From Podarcis cretensis (Eukaryota), in assembly GCA_951804945.1 (NCBI GenBank), contig OX638150.1:37262001-37326000 (forward strand): a stretch of 64,000 bases of DNA, given 5' to 3'. The position numbers and the translations under genes were made by a program. The notes under the pieces are model-generated. The model was not told where the DNA came from. It did no database searches and saw only the letters and a list, made by a program, of their open reading frames with translations. This document shows positions 14,613 through 25,380 of the stretch, one piece after another. The stretch's first letter is position 1. Each line of letters begins with the position of its first letter.

Positions 14613-14756
14613 CTCCACTCTTGAGTAGATAGCGATTAACATCTTGTATGGTGGTGTTAATAGTTGGCCCTGTTGGAACACTTCCAGGTGTAACGTCAGG
14701 ATCATTCTCAGGGTCAATGTTCTGCAAACCTTTCCATGGTACCCCAGGATGAAATT
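14613..14756 (-). CDS. TNRC6C: TNRC6C exon ([27 protein letters not shown]...YLLKSG), second half of PAM2
   Basis: aaacag| acceptor and G|GTAGAG donor; 144 nt, phase 1/1; [17 protein letters not shown]-binding motif across the junction. Confidence 0.96.
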
Positions 14757-15205
14757 CTGTTTGGGAGAAAATAAGATGACATCACATTTCTTACCAAGAT
14801 CCACATGCATGGGAAAAGGTACCGTTGCGCAGAAGATGAAACCAGGTACACAACTCTCTGGTGATGGAGTGGGCATTTTGATAAAAAGTTTAAGAAAAAC
14901 ATTTTATAAGGGAGGTTTGGATGGATGGATTTTGTTGTCCAAATTCAGTGCTAGCATCAGGCAGGTAGGAAGTTTTATCCCAGTTCACACCAGGATAAAA
15001 CATTTTATGTGCCTGCATGCCTCGCCCAACAATAGTGTGGCAAAATGTTCCTCATACTTTCATCTTACGGAAGACTGCAGCTGGAATGAGCTGAACTAGT
15101 ATGTTAACATTTGGATACTGAAAGCATTGCCTCAGTAAAGGGGTTTGTATCACATTTCAGATACCTTCAAGCTCTAAAAGCTAGAATACATATTTTTTTT
15201 GTTAC

Positions 15206-15397
15206 CTGGTGGCCAGTTGATACTGGAGCCATTGGAGATTTTATCACTATCAGATTTGGCACGTGACCAGCTGTGAGGAACGGCTACAGGAGGACTAGCT
15301 GGTGACTCGTTGTTTTGAATCAGATCATACCGGCCATAAGAGTCATCAATGGAGGACTTTCCTGGAGGACCAATACTCAGACCTCCAGGGATAGCAC
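15206..15397 (-). CDS. TNRC6C: TNRC6C exon (GAIPGGLSIGPPG...SSINWPP), first half of PAM2
   Basis: ttctag| acceptor and G|GTAAC donor; 192 nt, phase 1/1. Confidence 0.96.
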
Positions 15398-16554
15398 CTA
15401 GAATAAAGAAGGTGGGATGACAGCACAAGATTATTAAGAGCATGGTTAACATTTGGCTCCTTCTCTTATTGGTAGTCACTATAATTAGCAAAGCAAAGTA
15501 TCACTCACACAACACATCTGTAACACTGGCCAGTTAAGTGAAAGATAGCAGCTTAAACTGGGGCTGAAAGGTAGCTAACACAGTTCAAAAGTTATCTATC
15601 AAAGATTCGTGAGATTAAAGCTGCTACTGGGTGTAAATCTCACTGAACACACAGTGGGACCTGTTTCGAACAAACCTGCATGGGACTGATTTGCTACTGA
15701 TAAAACTGTCAAGTAAAGTTAAAACAAAAGGACTCTAATGAAAAATGTAAGATACACAACATGGTATTTTGCTGAGTGTCAGCAAAAGCACTTTGCTATA
15801 TGGATCATTAAGATCCTTAAAAATCTTACCAATATACTCACAACATGTAAATGTTTTTAAAGAGAACAGTATTAGCTGTGAGTTTAGAAAATGGGAGTTT
15901 GAAACAAGAGCAGGGAGCTAAAATAGGTTTCTCTCAGTATTGGATTAAAATGTATAATGACACTAAGGGCAATACTGAATTTTCACTTCTGCTCTGCCTA
16001 CAGTTGTTGTAGTCTGCATTCAATTTACATTAATGTGATGAATTCCAAACACGGTAGGTATTTTGCACTCTCTTTGGGGTGTGTTTTTTTGGAAACTGCT
16101 CACCTAAGTGAACCTCCGCCCCTGCCAACTTCTCTTAACATCTCATAAAGTTTAAGATTTAAGGATTCATGAGAAAAATATAACACATGTGTAATTTAAT
16201 TTTCTAACTGTGCATTCTATGCTTACCTGTTTGGAGATTAAATATGATGGAGTTCAGTGGGGCATACTTCCCAGTAAATGGATATAAGACTAGCCTAAGC
16301 CACTCAAAAGTCGAGATGCTTGATGTTCTGGACTTTTCAAACTGATTTTCCCTTCTTGTTTTTTAGGCCATTAACATTTATTATGATCAATAATATGAGC
16401 AATGAAATCAGTATGAGCAGTAATATGTGCGTGGGGGTGTGGTGGGAATTACAAAAATAAGATATTTGCACATACAAATGTTCCATTGAGAAATTTATAT
16501 TCTGTTAAGTACTTTGCAATGCCCATTGCTAACCTGGGGTGGGGGGAGAGAATA

Positions 16555-16780
16555 CAGTGGTACCTCGGGTTACATATGCTTAAGCTTATAGACTCCGCTA
16601 ACCCAGAAATAGTACCTCGGGTTAAGAACTTTGCTTCAGGATGAGAACAGAAATCGTGCCCTGACGGTGTGGCGGAAGCAGGAGGCTCCATTAGCTAAAG
16701 TGGTGCTTCAGGTTAAGAACAGTTTCAGGTTAAGAACGGACCTCCGGAACGAATTAAGTACTTAACCCGAGGTACCACTG
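16555..16780. mobile_element. Tigger/pogo-like (Tc1-mariner) MITE
   Basis: TIR CAGTGGTACCTCGGGTTA / TAACCCGAGGTACCACTG, TA on both sides. Confidence 0.88.
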
Positions 16781-16840
16781 TATCAGCAAAACGTAGAATC
16801 TTGCAATTGGACTTGATGTATTTAGAATGACGACACATAC

Positions 16841-17008
16841 CGTGCTTGCTAGGATTCTGGTCAAGTGGAGAAGCAGCACTGGAGAGATTATCCATTGAGT
16901 TGGGATGTGTCCACTGAGGAAGGCGAGATTGGGACTGAGAAGTGTCCTTCACTGACAAACCACCAGGAATGTCCATGCTGTTTACATTCATGTTTGGGTT
17001 CAGTCCAG
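16841..17008 (-). CDS. TNRC6C: TNRC6C exon, silencing domain M1/CIM1 (AGLNPNM...QSQSRLPQW...NPSKH)
   Basis: cctcttag| acceptor and G|GTATGT donor; 168 nt, phase 1/1; QSRLxxW CCR4-NOT-binding motif. Confidence 0.95.
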
Positions 17009-18608
17009 CTAAGAGGAAGTAGGCAGGCTATTAAGAAACCCTTAATCCCCGATTCTTGGCATTTAATCACACTTTACTTTAAGCTGAAGTCACAAGCTAA
17101 TCTTTTTACGTCTACAAGTAATGCAAACATGGGTTAAAGCAGCAAGGGCCCAAGAAGTAAATTGGGAGGGACAGTATATTACAAGCACCAAGTATCTTAC
17201 AACCACCTAAACTGGTACCTACCACTACATTTTCTGAAAGTTAATTTAAGACTTAAGCTATTTTGTTCTGTCAGTCCTAAACCTTCTACCATTCAGACTC
17301 ATTCAGGGATCCTGGATGCTAATATTATACTGAGGCATCTAATCATAAGCCTGCATTTTTATCAAGCTTATATTTTGATCAGGGCCTGTATCTTAAAATG
17401 AGCTTAAAGATTTTCAAATGTTCATGCCAGGCAGAAGAGCAGCTGCCTAAGAACCTTGGCAATGTTTTTACTCCTAGACAAGGGGGCCCCCTGATTTATA
17501 GCAGAAAACAATTCTCAAAGTCGTAAAAAGGGAATTACAGGCTGACAGCCAAGGTTACACTGACCCTACATATTACAGAAGATAAAAAAAGAGATAAACA
17601 TAATTAAGAGTGGGTAAATAGTAAAATAAAACCATGTGCCTCCCATTAAACTTGAGCCATATTTTCCTAAGGTTCAAAGGTCAAGAGCAATGGAAAAGCA
17701 TCTAGCTGGCAGAAAGGAAGAGAGTATTTTGGGAAGTCTTTTTCTAAAGTTGTTTCTTTCTTAAACTGAGATCCTTTTAAGATTTCTTTTCCTTTTAAAA
17801 GGTTATCTATGTTATGTATTAAATATATTGGCTTAAATGTAATTATGCAAAGGAATTAGAAGCTAAAAAATGTTAAATCCTTATGCTAGATTCTTATTTC
17901 ATATAGTTGGAAGAGATCACAGGGGCCATCAGCCACCAGCCTAGCCCCCTGCCAAGCAGGAAACATCATTAGAGCATTTGTCAAGCTTTTGTTTAGAGAC
18001 CTCCAAAGGAAGGAGATCTTTCAATGATGATCCTTGACATCTGTTTAAGATAAAAATTTGAGATTAAACCATTTGTTTTGGAGGGCAGCAGGGCGAGGTG
18101 AGCTGGTAATTAAGGTTCCTTGTTGAGACACATGTAAGATATATTACTACTTATTTGTCATTTATAGATAGAAGAATATATAGCTTTTTGATTCCCATAA
18201 AAGGACAAGAGGAAATGGGTGTATCTTTTGTGATTGGTTCTAGCAAACAGCCAATAGGAATTTCAACCAGGCTGATTGGACAGAGGCAGCCACAGGAGGA
18301 GCAAGGGGGCTGGATTAAGGAAATATAAGTGCTGGCCAGAATGGCAAGAGGCCAGGCCAGAGCTTGGTAACCATATACCACTGTGCCTCATATTTATTTG
18401 TCTGACAAATAAATTATTATTTTAATTTCTCTATTGCTGCGTTGAATATTTCATTCCAGCTAAGCGTTAACCACAAGCAGGGTGCTACAATACAAGATAA
18501 AAAGAGTATAAGTGCTGCCTGAGTTTTGTTATACTGATTTTATTCTCTGCTTCTGAAGTTTTTAACACTGTGCCATTTTTTGATGTTGTTATGGTTCAGT
18601 TTTAATGG

Positions 18609-18639
18609 TATTATTATTAATATTATTATTATTATTATT
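18609..18639. repeat. (ATT)n microsatellite, interrupted
   Basis: Directly visible. Confidence 0.85.
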
Positions 18640-18835
18640 AGCTGCCAGAGAACTTTGTTTTTGGGTAGTATATTAATAAAGATAGTAAGTAATTTGGACA
18701 CAGTTGCCAAATTAGTTAAGAAGCAGAGGTATGCAGGAGAAAAGATTCCAGACTGAAGCAAGTTAAATCACTGTATGTATACATAATTATGTAATTTACA
18801 TCCTTCTGAACAGGTCCTTAAATAACTGCACATAC

Positions 18836-19067
18836 CAAGGGGGTAAGGAGCAAAGGTGTTCGGTGAAGACTGTTGCTCTTTGGTCTGCAGGTCAGATAGG
18901 CCAGGAGCCTGGGGATGGGGTGAAAAGTTATCCATGGCTGATTTGCCTGCAGGGGGGTGCAAAGATAGATGTGGAGGGGGTGGCTGCTGCTTCATAAGCA
19001 GGGCCTGGGCCAGCTGGCGCTGGTGCTGCTGGATCTGCTGCTGCATGTTATTGATTGTACGTGCAAC
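18836..19067 (-). CDS. TNRC6C: TNRC6C exon, Q-rich (VARTINNMQQQ...FAPYPL)
   Basis: tgccag| acceptor and G|GTATGT donor; 232 nt, phase 0/1. Confidence 0.95.
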
Positions 19068-19353
19068 CTGGCAGCAAGGAAAAAAGAAAACAAAGTAAGC
19101 AAATGCTAGATGGAACAAAGGTTTGTGGCACTTTATCTAGAACCACTCAGCAGACAATGAATTCAATAGATTAAGAATTAGATGCATCCCAGACATGTAA
19201 GAGAAACTAAAGTCTGTCAGCCCCGTTTGTGATTTATGTCTGCATAAAAGCATGCAGCACAGTAGATTTCCTTCACAAATAAGCTTTTTCTTGTAACATG
19301 CTAGATTCTTTAGAGGCTTTACATTTGGAACTGGGTCAACAAGTTGCACCTAC

Positions 19354-19437
19354 TTGCTGCTCCTGTTGTCTGATGGGTCCGGAAACATTACGCTGAGCCT
19401 GTAACATCTGCTGCTGGATTTGTAAACGTTGGTAAGC
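19354..19437 (-). CDS. TNRC6C: TNRC6C exon, Q-rich (AYQRLQIQQQMLQAQRNVSGPIRQQEQQ)
   Basis: ttgcag| acceptor and CAA|GTAGGT donor; 84 nt, phase 0/0. Confidence 0.95.
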
Positions 19438-20394
19438 CTGCAAGTTGAGGGAAAAAAGAAGTCTACGGTCACAGTGTGAAGAAGCCCAATGGTCTCACTG
19501 CAACTGCATTAAATAACGTATGAAACAAATACATGCTCCCAAAGACGTCCTTGCAGGAAGTAACAGACCCAGAGACAGAAGTCAGCTCAGACCAAGAGTG
19601 CAAACAATACATGGCCAATTAAAGCTATTTAAAACGTGATGAGGAAAAGGCATCATCAACTGAATGATTGTTCAAGAAAATGTAAACACAGAGATGCAAA
19701 CAGAGAGTTGGTAGCATGTGAGAGAACTAATCACAAAGGCCCAGGGTAGACAAAACATTTAATCAGGGTTCGTGCTAATTCTGCTCTCTTAATCCTGGTT
19801 TAGAACTCAAGTTAACAGGAACACTGTAGTGCAGAGGTTGCCCACAAGGTGCTTGTGAAAGGTCCCCTTTAAATATCCCCTTTAAATATCCCCTTTAAAA
19901 ACCCCTCGGACTTTTTGCCTTTCTTGTTCAATTCTGTCTGCACGACTCCACCTCTCTTACTCTGAGCATGCCCCCTTAAACATGCCCACATCTCACTGAG
20001 TGCCAAGTTGCTCTCTGTGAGCAAGTGTAGCAGTGGCTGATGTATGCACTTTCCCCCCTTTTATGGGGTGGCTACTGGGAGAGGGGCATGCCACACCATT
20101 CTGTATTGTCTCTTTTTCCTCTTTTTTTCCTTGGTAGCAAGGTACGTCATGCCCCCACTCCCGCAGTTATTTGGTATTATGCTACATCTCCACAGCAGCC
20201 ATTTTGTGTTCGGGCCTGTCCTCCTGGCAGCCATTTTGTGACTGACATCCCTAGCACTTTCTCAAAATTCCAAGTGTGTCTATTTGCCCAAAAAGATTAG
20301 AGAACCTTTAGCTTGTCAAACTAAGCCCTGGAGCACACATACATTGAGATGATACCAGTGGAATTCATCTGTTGCCTATCTGAAACCCTCTATA

Positions 20395-20654
20395 CAGTCA
20401 TACCTCATATTATGTCTGCTTCAAGTTGCATTCTTTCAGGTTACATCCCGCAGCAACCCGGAAGTACCGGAAAGGGTTACTTCCGGGTTTCACCGCTCGT
20501 GCATGTGTAGAAGTGCAAAATGATGTCACACGCATGCGCAGAAGCGGCAAATTGCAACCCACGCGTGTGCAGACGCGCCACTGTGGGTTGCACACTTTTC
20601 ATGTTGCAAACGGGCCTCCGGAATGGATCCCGTTCGCAACCAGAGGTACCACTG
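20395..20654. mobile_element. Tigger/pogo-like MITE, related subfamily
   Basis: CAGTCATACCTC...GAGGTACCACTG ends, TA flanks, shared CCTCCGGAA subterminal motif. Confidence 0.8.
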
Positions 20655-21354
20655 TACTATGGTTCAAACCATACATTCACACCTGGTCTCTGGCTAGCGC
20701 TTAAGCTTATTTAAGGTATTTATACCACTGTTGTTATGTCTGTACATACTCCTGTATGCTCACAAAACTGAAATAAAAAGAAGTTCTATATTTATAACAT
20801 GGGGCAATTTTCTCAAAACCTAAGATTAGTTGTTGCCATTGGGTACATTGAATTCTACACTGGTATCTGGAAGACTGGGTCCTAGAAAGATTTGGTTTGC
20901 AATAACTTTGAAAGGTTTGCAATAAAATACATGCATATTAAGGGCATGACTGATTGCACAAATGAATGGAAATAATGCTCCATTGCATCTACTGGTGAAG
21001 AAGTATTACAGAACATCAATTTTATTAGATTAGCATACAATGCAAAAACAACAACACAGGAATCTATCAGAAATATTGTAGAATTCTGAGTAATACTAGT
21101 GGTACCAGAGGTTGTTTTTGAGGTTACAGTCCTATACATGTGTTTCAAAAGTTAAATTTAGAACAATCCAATGGTCATGAGCAAAGAATTTAGTCTTTAT
21201 CATACTGGAAGTATCAAGCAACTTTTAAGATTCAAGTAGGTATATAAATTCATTTTCAGAACCAAGTCTAATCATCATTTCTGAAGTGAACATGCCCATT
21301 CATGTGACTTTAAATGCAAGATTTTCTTTCTGGATTTATAGCTTTCTCACTGTG

Positions 21355-21502
21355 NNNNNNNNNNNNNNNNNNNNNNNNNNNNNNNNNNNNNNNNNNNNNN
21401 NNNNNNNNNNNNNNNNNNNNNNNNNNNNNNNNNNNNNNNNNNNNNNNNNNNNNNNNNNNNNNNNNNNNNNNNNNNNNNNNNNNNNNNNNNNNNNNNNNNN
21501 NN
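21355..21502. other. 148-N gap probably hiding a 120-nt TNRC6C exon
   Basis: The 40-aa segment VQAQLLQFAAKN...LYQLQL (recalled from human) is not seen between exons 22406 and 19437; a pyrimidine tract (ttcaccttttac on -) abuts the gap. Confidence 0.75.
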
Positions 21503-22405
21503 GTAAAAGGTGAATATTCATTACTACAGTTGTGTTAGTTACAGGTCTGAACTCCTTGCAGAGTTGAAACATGACAATTCCAAAGAAAGTGGTTTTTAGG
21601 TTACTTGCTGTGATTTCTGTTTAATAGAAAGCTATGTGTAGAAGTTGAAAGCAAACACAACATATCACAGCAAAATAAACCTTCATTCCAGAACTGCTCA
21701 TCCTTTCTAAATCTGACACATAAAATATAAATACTTGAGAGTTGTATCCAACCAACTCATTGTATGTGTCTAACAACTTCTGCAAGTGTCACACAAATTC
21801 CTCTCCCTCTTCTCCCCCCAGAACTGCTCCAGAGGGTTGACGGAACCCCCAAGGCAGATTTGGAGTGTGTGCAGGGGCAGAAAAGGGAGAGGAAGTTCCA
21901 CCCTGTTCACAAAAGTCATTCCACACATGCAATGATTTAGTAGGGTACAACCTGAGTCACTAATAACTTTCCCACAACATGCTATTTTTTGTAATTCAAA
22001 TAAACTGGCATGGCAACTTAAAAACTCTGTGGCATTTCTCTACACATGGTGCCTTTCATAGAAGTATGTTGTGTAAGTGTGGTTGTGTCAATATTTTATG
22101 TTTGTATTATTCCAATTGGCACTATCAGCCATCTCTAGGTGCAGATAACTTTAAGAATATATTATTATTTCTTCCATTTAAGTGTTCCACTCAATATGCA
22201 TTAGTTATGGCACAGAAATGGCCATCGCCAGGGATACAACCATTTTTGGAAAACTGAGGAGCCGGTGAGGAGGAGAAACCTGCCTCCTGACCTCACCGAC
22301 AACCCAAGTGCTAACCGCTAGGCCCTTGTTTTCCAACTGCCAGTGGTTAATGACACCTGGGTTTGCATCCCTGGCTATCACTAATGCTACAGAGCTCAAT
22401 CTAAC

Positions 22406-22552
22406 CTGAGGGGAGAGAAACTGAGGCACTTGAGCACGAAGACTAGGCTGGGATGAGTTAAGAGGTTGCACTGGCGGTTGCTGCGGCTGTTGCATGGTCC
22501 TGGCTTGTGCTGCTCCGCTATTGCCAAACATACCCAGATTGCCACTCGGTAT
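22406..22552 (-). CDS. TNRC6C: TNRC6C exon ([10 protein letters not shown]...VPQFLSPQ)
   Basis: cccacag| acceptor and CAG|GTTAG donor; 147 nt, phase 0/0. Confidence 0.95.
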
Positions 22553-22684
22553 CTGTGGGATGACAAGGTTAGAAGATTTAGGTTTCACAATTTTATAGCT
22601 TGTGACAGTCACTGTAGACTAGCTCAAGACATTAGCAAACAAAGGAGCTCTCATGCAGATTAGAAGCAGGTGAAGGGTTAAAAG

Positions 22685-22820
22685 CAGTGGTGGCCAAACC
22701 TGGCCCTCCAGCTGTTTTGGGACTACAATTCCCATCATCCCTGACCACTAGTCCTGCTAGCTAGTGGTGATGGGAGTTGTAGTCCCAAAACAGCTGGAGG
22801 GCCAAGTATGGCCATCACTG
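22685..22820. mobile_element. Palindromic hAT-type MITE
   Basis: Long inverted repeat (GGCCCTCCAGCTGTTTTGGGACTACAA...); 8-bp TSD GTTAAAAG/GTTTAAAG. Confidence 0.85.
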
Positions 22821-23989
22821 GTTTAAAGTATAGCAAACTGAAACATCAGTAGGCATGTACCATCAGTAAGAGTTTGGTTCAAATACATCAGTTGACCTAA
22901 ATTACTCACGCAGCCAACCATGTTCACTTTGTGGAAGCAGCTTCCTTTGGAAAGATGATGGTGCGTACAAAACTGCACCTAATTCAGTCAAACCATGGCA
23001 AATGCCCCTAGAAGAAGGCTGGCAATGATGCCACTGAAAGTGCTGCAAAAGCATGGGGATCTGCTACAGAAATTGCTTATCAAATGCAATGCAAGCAACT
23101 GGATGCAGATACAAATAGCCATCCTTAAAGATAGTTGCATGTCTAAAGCAGGCTTAAATTTCGCTTTCAAAATGAGTCAATCATAATCTACATGTATGTG
23201 AATTACCTTTACCTAGGAAATGACTTTTTTTCCTTGGACATATAGTATAAAGCTTTCCCCTCTAGTTTCAGTAAAAAAAATATTAAAAATATGTTGCACA
23301 TATGGAATACAGATAAAAATACAGATTTGGGTACTGGAATGCATTTGGGCATCCTGCTTGACCATTGTTTGCTCTTCCTAATGGTCATGCCTGAGCAGAA
23401 GGGAGGCAGCATCTTCATATTATGCTAAACTATAGTTAAGTGTGATGTCCAAATGTGGCCAAAGTAAAAATGAATTACTATTATTCTGATAAGTTTGGGT
23501 CAACATTCCAGCTTATCCTTTTATCACCTTCGCTTTAAAAACATTAACAAAAACCACTTGTACCATGTAGTTTCCTGATTATCAACTATGACACATAGTT
23601 ACAATGTTTGGGGCTTTTTAGCTCATGCAAAAGGCAACTGGGGCATGTGAAACAAATTACGTATGGTGTCAAGAAACTGGATAGTCTCACAGTATTAGAA
23701 CCTGGGATAATCCATTGAAGCTGAATGGTAGGAGATTCAAGACAGACAAACTTCTTTACACAGTAAGCTATCCACCCTGGATAGCTTAGAGGGTGAATAG
23801 ACAAATTCATGGAGCATAAGACTATCAATAGCTATACTGTACATTATCTTCAATCTCCAATATGCCTCTGAATACCAGTTACAGAGGAGCACAAGTAGGA
23901 GAGTGCTAAGGAACTTCTGTTTTGCTTGTGGGCTTGGCCACTGTAGGAACAGGATGCTGGCATTTAACAATGCCTAGCTAGCTCAAATA

Positions 23990-24584
23990 CAGTGGTACCT
24001 CTGGTTACAAACGCTTCTGGTTATGAACTCTGCTAACCCAGTACGGGTGGCGCTGTGGGTAAAAGCCTCAGCGCCTAGGGCTTGCCGATCGAAAGGTCGG
24101 CGGTTCGAATCCCCGCGGCGGGGTGCGCTCCCGCTGCTCGGTCCCAGCGCCTGCCAACCTAGCAGTTCGAAAGCACCCCCGGGTGCAAGTAGATAAATAG
24201 GGACCGCTTACTAGCGGGAAGGTAAACGGCGTTTCCGTGTGCGGCTCTGGCTCTGGCCAGAGCAGCGATGTCACGCTGGCCACGTGACCCGGAAGTGTCT
24301 CCGGACAGCGCTGGCCCCCGGCCTCTTGAGTGAGATGGGCGCACAACCCCAGAGTCTGTCAAGACTGGCCCGTACGGGCAGGGGTACCTTTACCTTTACC
24401 TTTAACCCAGTAGTAGCTGCTCCTGGTTGCAAATTCTGCTCCAGGATGTGAAGGGAAATTGTGTGCCGGAGGTGCGCACACAGCGGGAGGTCCCATTAGT
24501 GAAAGCGCACCTCAGGATAAGAATGGTTTCAGCTTAAGAATGGACCTCCGGAATGAATTAAGTTCGTAACCAGAGGTACCACTG
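23990..24584. mobile_element. Tigger/pogo-like MITE (same family as 16555), interrupted by a Sauria SINE
   Basis: TIR CAGTGGTACCTCTGGTTAC / GTAACCAGAGGTACCACTG, TA flanks, internal homology to the 16555 copy. Confidence 0.87.
24044..24402 (+). mobile_element. Sauria SINE (tRNA-derived head, Bov-B-like ACCTTT tail), nested in a MITE
   Basis: A box TGGCGCTGTGG, B box GGTTCGAATCC, (ACCTTT)3 tail, TSD TAACCCAGTA at 24034-24043 and 24403-24412. Confidence 0.93.
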
Positions 24585-25230
24585 TATAAATAATTTGGTC
24601 CATAGGTTTTAGAGCACAGCGTTGACATTACAGTGTAAGCAATGGCAAAAGGGCAAATATTTGGTTTCTCTAGTCAAGTGCTCTATCATCTAGACTTGGA
24701 AGCAGCACCAAATGTGTGGATTGGACAGTTAAAAATGAATACTGGTCCTGTTCCACCTAACAAGCACATACCAAGAAAGCTTGAGGGTGGGGGAGAAGAG
24801 TGATATAAAGGCCCCAGTGTAGGGAAACCTTTCAACGTGTATGAGCTGAGAAGGCGAAGAGGAAGTAAGCAAGAGCGGCAAGAGCTATGAGCGGCAAGAA
24901 GTATGGTCTGTGTGAGGATGGGAAGGAGTGCCAGTGTGCAGGGACGCTGCGGGATGAACCAGAGGAGAAAAGGACCCAACAACAAAGACGGGAGGAACTG
25001 CAGGGAAGTAAGGGCAAGTTCTATAGCTACGGACCTGTGGGAATCTTGGCGTAACAACTGTCATTTGAAATACGCTTCGATGACAAGCTGATTTTTGACT
25101 TTTTATTCACTACTTTACTTTTGAGAAAAAGGAGCCTTAAAATGAAAAGCAAAGCCAAACAAATATCTTGCTGACTAGCAAGCGCAAGCGTGCCGACATT
25201 CAAATAACTGTCACTCAAAAGATACCTTAC

Positions 25231-25380
25231 CTGTCTAGAAGAATTCAAGTTTTGCATGCCCAGCCCTGAGGCAATCCCACCCAGGGTCTGATTAGGGAGT
25301 GCACTGTTTGAAAGGGGGAGCTTCAGGCTTGGTGAAGGCAAAAATGGTGAAGTAGTGGGCTCTTCCACTAGGCCGCCATC
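25231..25380 (-). CDS. TNRC6C: TNRC6C exon (DGGLVEEP...NLNSSRQ); alternative acceptor at 25404 adds LTLSFFNQ
   Basis: aatcag| acceptor and CAG|GTAAGG donor; 150 nt, phase 0/0. Confidence 0.94.

Noticed and set aside
19863-19898. CCCCTTTAAATAT x3 and other short direct repeats as CRISPR-like arrays
   Set aside because: No spacers, too short, eukaryotic intron; these are slippage duplications
24068-24346. Similar ORFs at 24068..24346 and 63353..63643 suggesting a duplicated gene
   Set aside because: Both are the reverse-strand reading of Sauria SINE copies
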